DNA of 64,000 nucleotides from a virus (IMGVR_UViG_3300037067_002514:26044-90043); one strand, 5' to 3'; shown: positions 50,001-57,579, counted from the first letter of the stretch. Made by a program: numbers and translations. The notes: generated by a model not told the origin, from the letters alone.

Positions 50001-52492
50001 TTTGTATTGTTAAAAATATTAAGTAATTCCTTCTTACCCTCACCTAGAATACTAAAGACACTGACTGTATACTTCTTGTTAATAAACCTATCTTCAGCAC
50101 AACCAAAAGATCGTTCTATACTAGAAACTGAAAACTCAATATTATTCTCTTCAAGTAACTTCTTTACATATGTATCATTATATTCCCTATTTGGGGATTT
50201 AGTAATACTTATTTTGTTACCAGAAAGACACCCATCACAAGCAATAACTGCAATCAGCTTCAACTTTGAATCTAAAATTGGGTAGTCTTCCTTACTATAT
50301 CTATTACAAGCTACTGGAAAAGTTATTGAGGTTTTATCTTTAATAATCTTTGATGATTCAATAAGTTCATATTCTTTTTTATTAAATTTCTTTCTTAGTA
50401 CACGATGATTTGGGGTAACCTGTTGTGAATAATCTCTCCCCTCATATAGGTGCATATCACCACTATATTTGGATACATTTACCCTATGAACTTTCTGTAC
50501 CCTCAACTCTGAATCTTTCCACGTGTATATATCATCACCCACAAATAGTTCATTATACTTTTTAAACCCCTGTGGTGTAAGGACTTCTGTATCCTCTGTA
50601 ACACACTCCACAGCATTCCTACTAAGGTGATTTACAGAATGAACAAAGTTCTGGAAGCAATTTTCTATATACTTCCTAGTTTTTTCATTAGTCTTTAGGT
50701 CTTCCAAAGTAATCTTTTCTCTGAATATACCCACATGAGCTACATCCAAAAAGAAAGAACCAATAGCACAATTATGAGTTAATATACCACCAGCAGAGTA
50801 CCAGTGTGACTCTGTTTCAAGTTCATAAACATAATCATCATCATTTGGGAGTATATCTACAGATACAATAACGTCTGTGTTACTACTAGGATAGAGTAAT
50901 CTTTCTCTTTCCTTATATGTTTTTATAGGGTTACTACACCTTATACCTTGTGAATGACTAAAGGCATACTTTCCAAAATAGGATACTTCTTCGTCTTGTA
51001 TACCTACCCATTTTGTTTTTCTTGATAAATTAGTTTGGTATATTTTAGTATTCATTAGAGATAAGTACTTCCTAGTAAATAAAGGAATGGATAATCTATA
51101 TAGAATAGACTTATTATCTTTATTATCCATATATTCTGAGTATGTATAGTTATAAATACCTACCATTTCAAGTATACTTTTTATAGAATCAATTAATCCC
51201 TTATTGCATAGGCTTATCCCTATAGAGTTATTGAAGAAACCGTCTGTTACTAATATCCCATCTAAAAATCCCAATAAGAAATCTAATGAATAACTTTTAA
51301 CATTAATATTTTTAGTATATAATGTATTCCCAATAAATTTCTCTTTAACTTTGTCTATAAAATCCTTGTTGTATATCTTATAATCATAGCAACCATGACC
51401 GTCATTTAGAGTACCCTTGTTTACACCAAGATAGGAATCTAAAAAGTCTGAAATAAAGGTTTGTTTATAGTTTATTGCTACTCTTATCTGATACTTCTCT
51501 GTAATGTTTCCATCACCAGAGAGTATGCCAATGAATTGACCATCCTTATACTCTTGTGATTCTATATTAACTATCTTAGTCCCTATTTGTGTATTATATA
51601 CAGTATCATATTGTTTTATATCCTTTGCTTTTACTTCTATATCCCTACCTTTATATAAAACCTTAAAGATATGGTCACTACTAGTACACACTACTTTTCC
51701 AGATTTTGTAGTAATCTTATAGATACTACCAGTATATTTCCTTCTCATTACTTTATTGATTGGGGTAAAATTACCCCTATTCTCAAGGACACTAAAAGAA
51801 GATACTGGTTCATACTCCCACAAACCACCACAATCAAACTTGTTGGTTAAGGTAAAAGTATCAATAAAGGATTTTATAGGTAAGGAATAGATATTACCAG
51901 TTTTATCATTTCTTATAATAATCTTTTGATCCTTGTATAAACAAGCACCTGCAAGGTGATTTGAAAGTTGGTGTATAGTCTCATTAAGAGAAGCGATATA
52001 GGATGAAATTCTTTTTGGTGGGGCAGAGTGTAGTTGACCAAAGGGTCTACCATCTAGTACCAATTTAGAAGCATCAACTGAAAAGCAGTAAGCTAAAAGG
52101 ATTTTTGAACTATCAGATATAGCTAGACTATAGTCATATAATTCACCTAGAAGTCTATTAGCTTCTTCTTTCCCATACATGTCCTTTAATTTTCTATATA
52201 AATAACGATACCCCACCAATTTATTTACTGGTGAGGTTGTTTCCACTAGCATTCCTGTCATGGTTTGTTCATTCTTATTGGCATTGGTATCAATGCCAGC
52301 ATCTGATAGATTTGAAGATATTAATTTCTCAAGATTATTAATAAAATCAAAATCATCTTTATGTAATCCATGAACTTTCAATATATTATCAACTAATTGC
52401 TGATCTTCTTTACCATAGTTATTCTTAAGGGAACTCTCTAGAGTTCCTCTAACCCTATTTAAACTGGATGTTAATCCAGAATTTTCAAACAT
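47096..52492 (-). CDS. nrdD: Anaerobic (class III) ribonucleotide reductase with three inteins (649 aa spliced)
   Basis: AYCFS and ASCCRL catalytic Cys, EQIPGE, CPECG Zn site, YTRVIGF glycyl-radical loop; no N-terminal ATP-cone evident. Confidence 0.95.
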   Translation of the reverse strand: MFENSGLTSSLNRVRGTLESSLKNNYGKEDQQLVDNILKVHGLHKDDFDFINNLEKLISSNLSDAGIDTNANKNEQTMTGMLVETTSPVNKLVGYRYLYRKLKDMYGKEEANRLLGELYDYSLAISDSSKILLAYCFSVDASKLVLDGRPFGQLHSAPPKRISSYIASLNETIHQLSNHLAGACLYKDQKIIIRNDKTGNIYSLPIKSFIDTFTLTNKFDCGGLWEYEPVSSFSVLENRGNFTPINKVMRRKYTGSIYKITTKSGKVVCTSSDHIFKVLYKGRDIEVKAKDIKQYDTVYNTQIGTKIVNIESQEYKDGQFIGILSGDGNITEKYQIRVAINYKQTFISDFLDSYLGVNKGTLNDGHGCYDYKIYNKDFIDKVKEKFIGNTLYTKNINVKSYSLDFLLGFLDGILVTDGFFNNSIGISLCNKGLIDSIKSILEMVGIYNYTYSEYMDNKDNKSILYRLSIPLFTRKYLSLMNTKIYQTNLSRKTKWVGIQDEEVSYFGKYAFSHSQGIRCSNPIKTYKERERLLYPSSNTDVIVSVDILPNDDDYVYELETESHWYSAGGILTHNCAIGSFFLDVAHVGIFREKITLEDLKTNEKTRKYIENCFQNFVHSVNHLSRNAVECVTEDTEVLTPQGFKKYNELFVGDDIYTWKDSELRVQKVHRVNVSKYSGDMHLYEGRDYSQQVTPNHRVLRKKFNKKEYELIESSKIIKDKTSITFPVACNRYSKEDYPILDSKLKLIAVIACDGCLSGNKISITKSPNREYNDTYVKKLLEENNIEFSVSSIERSFGCAEDRFINKKYTVSVFSILGEGKKELLNIFNNTKEELPSFLSELSRRQAKLFIDTWSHFDGQVEGNNYNKTCLQVDNDIIADQVQHIAFIAGFSSHKRYECLSNKNPTLYVKLYTRSDKNGSGKVVNYTGVVWCPTTEDGIVVYRKSGRVFISGNSPFSNISIFDSVKLRTLLSSENMGWYFQDVELEYVVEYIMELQKIFMDFFDKGDALSGGKPFRFPVCFPGNESVIINNKLTTFKGAFSSFSYGWTRGINGMYTTKDFNEVKITSVYRGTSKEFIDIVGLSGKVIRVTPEHKFPLSNGLFKCAKDLVKGDEIPLSLSCSIPVKEELVVSDYVNDLSVLGYKLRYNKHTENLLNTLGYTLCNNTIPFNHKRSMPYNLLKELTDNDILCKPDEELVKTRESKQKGAINNIIPFDFSFGYFLGLYYSEGHNSNGELGLSFNKKETDLITFSKNFLDSIGIHHTQERPSLISNGTQLCFYSRTLGNLLDTIVGNGCENKEFNLDLVYTPDVFKWGIYCGLIEGDGHVNRYIHFTTVSKRGAESIQYLVNSIGISSKIRVIPPRKHPFFKKCSESYYISFNKPLTLSLLSRFEVCSGKFKNGEFLKYYSDKELKLREVFKITGIIPIVLDKQEDVYNMEVESEDHIYTLPCGVKTSNCTINCSKKTNGDIKLQDLEFVKMISKHDIFRYNILVSEGSKVASCCRLVSNSEMFELGGQSNSFGGSGLSLGSHRVVVINFNRIALECSSYSDFLTRLEKRVDDTAKILVAHRSLIQDTVKSGLQPFISNHWLRLDRMFSTIGIIGNTEAKLTLEKRFVHYDGDIMADMLSLLDKKAKEATTATSKPFNIEQIPGETMAVRLCNVDKMIYGTESVPFELYSNQFIPLWENASIWDRMDTDGKYNKLITGGGIVHFNLGEKTTSTQNMRLINYAAESGCEHFALNSVYSECDNAHVNFGNLEVCPECGNHIIEKYTRVIGFFTPVSSWNKTRREWEFPKRSFTPVD
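48134..49438 (-). mobile_element. NrdD intein c, LAGLIDADG (435 aa)
   Basis: RFPV/CFPGNES...VTPEHKF...LGLYYSEG...CGLIEGDG...YNMEVESEDHIYTLPCGVKTSN/C (penultimate Ser). Confidence 0.92.
49637..50605 (-). mobile_element. NrdD intein b, LAGLIDADG (323 aa)
   Basis: NAVE/CVTEDTEVLTPQG...VTPNHRV...IAVIACDG...WSHFDG...WCPTTEDGIVVYRKSGRVFISGN/S. Confidence 0.92.
50771..51943 (-). mobile_element. NrdD intein a, LAGLIDADG (391 aa)
   Basis: LAGA/CLYKDQKI...TSSDHIF...IGILSGDG...LDGILVTDG...YELETESHWYSAGGILTHN/C. Confidence 0.92.
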
Positions 52493-52532
52493 ATCTAACC
52501 CTCTTTAAAATAATAAGCATTATCAACTGAAA

Positions 52533-53006
52533 TTAACTCATACTTTTCGTTATATAACTTTTGGTTACTAGATGAAAGTATGAGTCTTTCATCATCCTTG
52601 GATACCTTGTATCCTTCAATTCCCCTATATATGCACCACATTTATAGAACTTTGCACCACTTATCCCATTTCTAATAACATAATCTATACTATATCCAGT
52701 ATATACACAAAAATCAAAATCTGGAATAAGAAGAAACTCTCTAACACAATCTATGTTATACTTACTTAATGGTTCACCACCCTCTAGTACTACCTTATTA
52801 GACCTAGTTGCATTAGTGTAAGCCTTAAGGGTATTATATAGGCTATCCACAGTAACTTCTGGATACTTTGGGTTATCATAGGATTGAAACTCTTGGTTTT
52901 GACATCCTTTACACTTTATATCACAACCAACAGTATACAATATAGTTGCTAGATTATAATTATCTGGGTAGTCTAGCCATGTACTTGATATACTACTAAC
53001 CCTCAT
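52533..53006 (-). CDS. nrdG: Anaerobic RNR activase (radical SAM); true C-terminus appears to lie in the -1 frame ending at 52495
   Basis: GCDIKCKGC, EGGEPL, VYTGY; SSSNQK motif only in the -1 frame. Confidence 0.85.
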   Translation of the reverse strand: MRVSSISSTWLDYPDNYNLATILYTVGCDIKCKGCQNQEFQSYDNPKYPEVTVDSLYNTLKAYTNATRSNKVVLEGGEPLSKYNIDCVREFLLIPDFDFCVYTGYSIDYVIRNGISGAKFYKCGAYIGELKDTRYPRMMKDSYFHLVTKSYITKSMS

Positions 53007-53035
53007 GTTTCAACCACAAATGTATAAGGAAATAT

Positions 53036-53185
53036 TCAGCCACCAGATACTACCATCTTACCATCAGAATCAACCTGAACTATCTCATATTCATCATCTG
53101 ATGTTTTACCTACTAGGATACAAATCTTTCCATTATCATCTAGACCAAGGGTGTCAAGTAACTCTCTAAGTTCAACTAAGTTCAT
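53036..53185 (-). CDS. Hypothetical protein (49 aa, not in ORF track)
   Basis: AAGGAGG RBS; MNLVELRELLDTLGLDDNGKICILVGKTSDDEYEIVQVDSDGKMVVSGG. Confidence 0.5.
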   Translation of the reverse strand: MNLVELRELLDTLGLDDNGKICILVGKTSDDEYEIVQVDSDGKMVVSGG

Positions 53186-53195
53186 TTAATCCTCC

Positions 53196-53621
53196 TTATA
53201 TCCCTGTACTACCAAACCCACCCTCACCTCTATCTGTAACAGAAAGTTCTTCAACTTCCCCAAATGTTAAAGGAATAACTTCTTTAAGTTCACACTGAGC
53301 TACTCTATCCCCAATATTTATGTGGGCTATATCAATACCTATATTACGAAGTATTATCTTTACCTCCCCACGAAAATTAGCATCTATAGTGCCTGGGCTA
53401 TTAAGGATTATAATATTCTTTGAGGATAGACCACTTCTAGGTATAACCTTCAAGCAGTACCCTTTAGGAATCTCTACAGCTAATCCAGTACCTACTTTAA
53501 TGGTATCACTAGGGAATAGCATGTGATACTCTGATGCATATAGATCAAAACAGGCATCATCTTCATGTGATTTTGTAGGTTCCTTGGCATTTTCATTAAT
53601 CTTCTTATATTTTACTAGCAT
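53196..53621 (-). CDS. dut: Trimeric dUTPase
   Basis: ACFDLYA, PRSGLS, GTIDANFRGEV, RGEGGFGSTG. Confidence 0.95.
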   Translation of the reverse strand: MLVKYKKINENAKEPTKSHEDDACFDLYASEYHMLFPSDTIKVGTGLAVEIPKGYCLKVIPRSGLSSKNIIILNSPGTIDANFRGEVKIILRNIGIDIAHINIGDRVAQCELKEVIPLTFGEVEELSVTDRGEGGFGSTGI

Positions 53622-54193
53622 ATAATTCTATCCACTAGGTTTAGGTCTAGTGCCTCCTTTCCTGTTAGGTATAATGGATTAACATCCTTCATTAAATCTT
53701 TCCAGAATTTGGGTTTTTTCTTTGGTGACTTATTAATTAAAATGGAAGATAATTGGTCTCTCCAATAGGATAAAAGTTTATCCTCTGATTCCCTTTGCCT
53801 ACTATCACCACCACCCTCAGCATAGATACCATGAATCATTAAAATAGAGGTGGGGCTAACTACTCTCTCATCACAGCATTGTAGAATAAAGAAAGCTATA
53901 GAGCAAGACTCACCGCATACTTCACCTATAACTTTTATTCCTCTTCTCTTCATATCATTTATAAGATGCATTATGGTCATACCTAGATGAACCTCACCAC
54001 CACTAGATGATATTAAGACTCTAACAGGGTCTGTACCTTTAATAAGAATAGAATCAACTGTAAAATTCATTACTTGTTCCTCAGTTAATTCCCCAAATAG
54101 AACTAGGGTTCTCTCGCTACGCAGGTTTTCTCTGTTATATTCCAATAATCCACTCCGTCTTGTGTAGTATATTTTTTGCAGTATTCCTATCAA
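53615..54193 (-). CDS. ClpP-like serine protease (start possibly TTG near 54145)
   Basis: ISSSGGEV, SCSIA (Ser), LMIHG (His), YLTGKEALDLNLVD. Confidence 0.8.
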   Translation of the reverse strand: MIGILQKIYYTRRSGLLEYNRENLRSERTLVLFGELTEEQVMNFTVDSILIKGTDPVRVLISSSGGEVHLGMTIMHLINDMKRRGIKVIGEVCGESCSIAFFILQCCDERVVSPTSILMIHGIYAEGGGDSRQRESEDKLLSYWRDQLSSILINKSPKKKPKFWKDLMKDVNPLYLTGKEALDLNLVDRIIC

Positions 54194-54314
54194 TAGTACT
54201 GCTTATCTGGTTATATATAGAGATAAATACTCTTCTTATCAATTCCTGCTCATCATAAGTAAAAACAGAAGGAAGATTATTTAACTCGGATAAAAGATTA
54301 TCAACCTTACTCAT
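54135..54314 (-). CDS. Possible hypothetical protein (59 aa)
   Basis: MSKVDNLLSELNNLPSVFTYDEQELIRRVF...; fills the gap, but its ATG is only 2 nt from a -10 box. Confidence 0.35.
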   Translation of the reverse strand: MSKVDNLLSELNNLPSVFTYDEQELIRRVFISIYNQISSTIDRNTAKNILHKTEWIIGI

Positions 54315-54316
54315 TT

Positions 54317-54344
54317 ATTATACCACATAAAATGGAAAAGTCAA
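54317..54344 (-). promoter_or_regulatory. Sigma70-type promoter
   Basis: TTGACT-16-TATAAT with TGTGG extension. Confidence 0.6.
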
Positions 54345-54608
54345 CTACCTCTGTGAGCAACCTACACACACCTTTCTAATATCATCCCAAGGCATCTTTA
54401 AATCTTCTGGAACGCTAATAAAGTCTGGGTTGCTATCCAATCTTTCTTGCCTTTTACTGGGGTCTGATATATCAGCAATATGGAGGCAGCACCATAAACA
54501 AATATCCTTACCACCTATCAAAGGACAATGGCAAGCTATATTTTCATATTTTTTATTTATTTTATTATGTTTTCCTATCCTGCAATTCATTAATGCTCCT
54601 TTAACCAA
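54345..54608 (-). CDS. Cys-rich hypothetical protein (probable start MNCRIG at 54590)
   Basis: CHC...CLWCC...CVGC; TAATG coupling at 54588-54592. Confidence 0.55.
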   Translation of the reverse strand: MVKGALMNCRIGKHNKINKKYENIACHCPLIGGKDICLWCCLHIADISDPSKRQERLDSNPDFISVPEDLKMPWDDIRKVCVGCSQR

Positions 54609-54760
54609 TAATACAACTCTTCTTCAGTTTTTGCTATTGAATCCATAAATTCAAACATATTCTTTATTATTTGAATTTTCTTATCTGGATTATACGTTTT
54701 AAAGTCTGTATAAATTTTTTTTAATTTTTTTATCTCTAAGTCTAAATCCTTTTCTATCAA
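54590..54760 (-). CDS. Hypothetical protein (56 aa, TTG start, not in ORF track)
   Basis: GAGG RBS; (M)IEKDLDLEIKKLKKIYTDF...YYWLKEH*; stop overlaps the next start. Confidence 0.5.
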   Translation of the reverse strand: MIEKDLDLEIKKLKKIYTDFKTYNPDKKIQIIKNMFEFMDSIAKTEEELYYWLKEH

Positions 54761-54844
54761 AAGAACCTCAAAAGGGGGACTATAGGGGGTATTTAGGAGA
54801 TATTAATCTTTTAATACTAGGTTAGTTATATATTAAGTACTCTT

Positions 54845-54903
54845 AGAAATTAAGATATAATATCTTAATTTCTTACTAAGTAGGTATTAAATACCTACTT
54901 AGT
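54845..54903. repeat. Two adjacent 13-bp-arm palindromes
   Basis: AGAAATTAAGATA-TAA-TATCTTAATTTCT (54845-54873) and ACTAAGTAGGTAT-TAA-ATACCTACTTAGT (54875-54903). Confidence 0.9.
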
Positions 54904-55443
54904 TATATTATTTATTATATTATATATATATAATATATTACTAGGAGTATAAAGTATAAAATAACCTACCCTCTTACCCTCTGAAAGGTTAAGAGGTAAA
55001 TCCAAATGAATCCCCTGAAAGTTATGCCTTCTTTCCTTAACTGCCCGCCACTTGTTTCCCCTTCTAGTATCCACAAAAGCGTGGATGTTGTATACTTTAT
55101 TATTATGTAAAATAACGTAATCTACACCATTAATATCTTTTTCTAGGTCGTAGATAACATTATCAAAGTTTTCTTTTAATAAAAATCCAAGGTGGTATTC
55201 TCTAACAAAAGAGAGATAAGCTCTAGTTAATCTACCTATACTGCCTTGAATTATGTATTCTGGAAATTTTTCTTTATAATTTTTAAGGAATGTATCTAAA
55301 CTAGGTGGAAGATCATTATGTATTAACCCTCTAAATACATTAATCATTCCAGGCATTTTAGTATATTCAGCTTTATTATTAATCTCATGGGGGATTACTA
55401 CTTTATACTTTTCTAATTCCCTTTCTAGTAATAATCTATCCAT
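54895..55443 (-). CDS. Putative PD-(D/E)XK nuclease, TaqI-like
   Basis: GRLTRAYLSFVREYH...F..V...EKDINGVDYVI...YNIH pattern, recalled from memory only. Confidence 0.4.
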   Translation of the reverse strand: MDRLLLERELEKYKVVIPHEINNKAEYTKMPGMINVFRGLIHNDLPPSLDTFLKNYKEKFPEYIIQGSIGRLTRAYLSFVREYHLGFLLKENFDNVIYDLEKDINGVDYVILHNNKVYNIHAFVDTRRGNKWRAVKERRHNFQGIHLDLPLNLSEGKRVGYFILYTPSNILYIYNIINNITK

Positions 55444-55446
55444 ACT

Positions 55447-55617
55447 TTAAGTATACCGCACAAATCTCATCTTGTCAATATCTTTAATATCTAAATGAAT
55501 ATAATCTATTTCCCCCTCAGTTTCTATCCAACAAATAAACTTAACGGGGCATTGTCTACATATACCATTACACTCACCTAGTAACATATTCTTCTTTCTA
55601 TTCTTACTGACTATCAA
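55447..55617 (-). CDS. Small 4-Cys protein, paralogue of 55604-55825 (not in ORF track; alternative ATG at 55587)
   Basis: ...GECNGICRQCPVKFICWIE...DKMRFVRYT*. Confidence 0.65.
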   Translation of the reverse strand: MIVSKNRKKNMLLGECNGICRQCPVKFICWIETEGEIDYIHLDIKDIDKMRFVRYT

Positions 55618-55825
55618 TCTCTTCAAGGTATAACTCCTTAATCCATTTAACTTTATCTAATCTAAGGTATTTCATCTTACTTAATTCCTCTCTAGTAACT
55701 ATAATCCTCTTATCCCCATTAATATAACACTTAAATTTAACATAGCATTTATCACATAAACCATTACACTGTTCCTTAAGAGATAATATAACATCACCCT
55801 CTAGTAAGTCAATATTCTTCCTCAT
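55604..55825 (-). CDS. Small 4-Cys protein, possibly leaderless
   Basis: CNGLCDKCYVKFKC; ATG 5 nt after a TATAAT box. Confidence 0.65.
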   Translation of the reverse strand: MRKNIDLLEGDVILSLKEQCNGLCDKCYVKFKCYINGDKRIIVTREELSKMKYLRLDKVKWIKELYLEEIDSQ

Positions 55826-55830
55826 AATAT

Positions 55831-55859
55831 ATTATACAATAATATATTATAAAAGTCAA
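55831..55859 (-). promoter_or_regulatory. Sigma70-type promoter
   Basis: TTGACT-17-TATAAT. Confidence 0.65.
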
Positions 55860-55881
55860 CAATATTAGAATAGTCTATAGG

Positions 55882-55918
55882 TGTACATACCTGTCCAGTG
55901 GTTGTATATACCTGTCCA
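55882..55918. repeat. Iteron-like 16-bp direct repeat, 21-bp period
   Basis: TGTACATACCTGTCCA (55882-55897) and TGTATATACCTGTCCA (55903-55918). Confidence 0.8.
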
Positions 55919-56089
55919 TAGGTTACTAATAACATAACTAATTTATATTATGTAAACTAAGTTTGTATTTTTCTTTAATATCAAGTTTGGGTAACACAAC
56001 CCCCAGGCACCTGACATAGACCGTATCAAAGTTATTGATACCCTGGGGGGAGTACTATTGATATAAGTCATATCAATACTTTAGATAAA

Positions 56090-56116
56090 ACAGGCCGTGG
56101 GTTTAACACGGCCTGT
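56090..56116 (-). terminator. Intrinsic terminator
   Basis: ACAGGCCGTG-N7-CACGGCCTGT followed by TTT on the minus strand. Confidence 0.75.
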
Positions 56117-56126
56117 ATCAACTATA

Positions 56127-56372
56127 TTACAATTTCATATGAAGAGGCTTAACTGGAAACCTCCAGACTTCTCTCTCCTCATCGCAGGCTCTCTGCAAAT
56201 CCTCTTCAATAGGTTTAACATAGTTTATGCGATTATAACAGGTCTCACATATACCATCTATTGACATCTCCTCAATATATCCATTACCTATTCCTATTCC
56301 ACATCTTGAACACTTCATATCAACTATTCTCCTATATTTATTACCAGTTCTAAGCAGGAACTGGCAAGGCAC
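56127..56372 (-). CDS. Small Zn-finger protein (probable start MKCSRC)
   Basis: CSRCG...CETC. Confidence 0.5.
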   Translation of the reverse strand: MPCQFLLRTGNKYRRIVDMKCSRCGIGIGNGYIEEMSIDGICETCYNRINYVKPIEEDLQRACDEEREVWRFPVKPLHMKL

Positions 56373-56387
56373 TTGATATACTTTGTG

Positions 56388-57137
56388 TTAATCTACTGAA
56401 TGGTCTTCCTGAATTATTATACCATTCAAATAGACTTTACCGCTTTTGGTAGGTTGTGGAATTATGCCGCTTTTATAAAAGTGATTACCTATTGGGACAG
56501 CATAAGTAATAGACTTGCCTATATCATCTGGACTATGGCCACCTTGCGATGCTATACGGCATGAACTAACACGTTCTCTTCCCTCGAAGTCATATCTAAA
56601 TAGACGGAATGTACCTCTTATAAATGTTATAGGGTGAATAAGCGCATGAAGTGACTTTTTACTTTTAGTCAAGTCAATTCTACACTCATTAACTACTGTT
56701 TGCGAGTCCATCGTATATGATAGTCTTTCTATTGACTTCTTAATGTTCACAACTAAGTTTACTAGTTTAGTCTTATTCATTTTATCAATTGTAGTAATAG
56801 ATAATTGATTAAGATTATTCAGAGTAGTTAATAAATTAAGCATTTCAGCCTGACTTCTTAATATATGCTCATTTTCTAACTGGTGGCTGGATTTACCTTG
56901 ACTACCTTTGAAGGTATTCAAATTTATTAGAATAGCTTCAAAGTATGCTTCTTTGAAGTTATCATAAGACAATGATTCGTTATATTTATCATTGTATAAG
57001 ATGTGACTAGCGGATAATTGACTATCTGCTAGTATACGAGACTTTTTCAGTAATATCTCGTATTCTGCATTTCTCTGCTGAATAAAGCGTACTTTATCCG
57101 CATTGTGTATTACTGTGTTAACTAATTCGTTTTCCAT
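56388..57137 (-). CDS. Hypothetical protein (candidate regulator)
   Basis: 249 aa with its own promoter TTGCAA-18-TATAAT (57214-57185), overlapped by two TGGTATT sites. Confidence 0.55.
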   Translation of the reverse strand: MENELVNTVIHNADKVRFIQQRNAEYEILLKKSRILADSQLSASHILYNDKYNESLSYDNFKEAYFEAILINLNTFKGSQGKSSHQLENEHILRSQAEMLNLLTTLNNLNQLSITTIDKMNKTKLVNLVVNIKKSIERLSYTMDSQTVVNECRIDLTKSKKSLHALIHPITFIRGTFRLFRYDFEGRERVSSCRIASQGGHSPDDIGKSITYAVPIGNHFYKSGIIPQPTKSGKVYLNGIIIQEDHSVD

Positions 57138-57551
57138 TTTAGATACCGCCTATTTATTTATTTCTGTTTATCTCAGATAATTTTATTATATCATAAAATA
57201 ATACCAAATTGCAATAAATAATACCATATTTAAGGACAAATTTTAAAAGTTGTCCTCTTACAATTCATTATTAAGTTTAGTGACCAGTTTATATCAATAT
57301 GTTGTTTTTCATGTTTTGGTAATAGTCCGCTAATTTTAATGGTCTAATACTGTGTTTTTATGTAGCTAAAATTGATCTAGTGACTACTTTATTACCTAGG
57401 TATAGTATTACTATGGTTTACTACCAATAATGGCGTGTTATCAATTCTAGCGTGTTTAGCGATTAATCGTATTGTGGATATTATAATCCTGGCTAAAAAG
57501 TAAAGAGTATTGATATATTCTAGTAAATAGCACATATGTTCTAATATGCTG

Positions 57552-57579
57552 CTTAAATTGGTATTAATACCAATTTAAG
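57552..57579. repeat. 28-bp perfect palindrome containing the recurrent operator-like motif
   Basis: CTTAAATTGGTATT/AATACCAATTTAAG. Confidence 0.9.

Noticed and set aside
4124-54648. All plus-strand ORFs in the track (e.g. 6430-6741, 22814-23398, 37340-37705)
   Set aside because: They are antisense shadows of well-supported minus-strand genes, with no RBS and no recognisable motifs
55990-56055. TPP riboswitch or tRNA
   Set aside because: It lacks the UGAGA core and cloverleaf/T-loop features; no tRNA gene was recognised anywhere in the window by eye
57380-57503. Hydrophobic plus-strand reading frame (LLYYLGIVLLWF...IIILAKK*)
   Set aside because: There is no start codon or RBS after the preceding in-frame stop; at most a remnant
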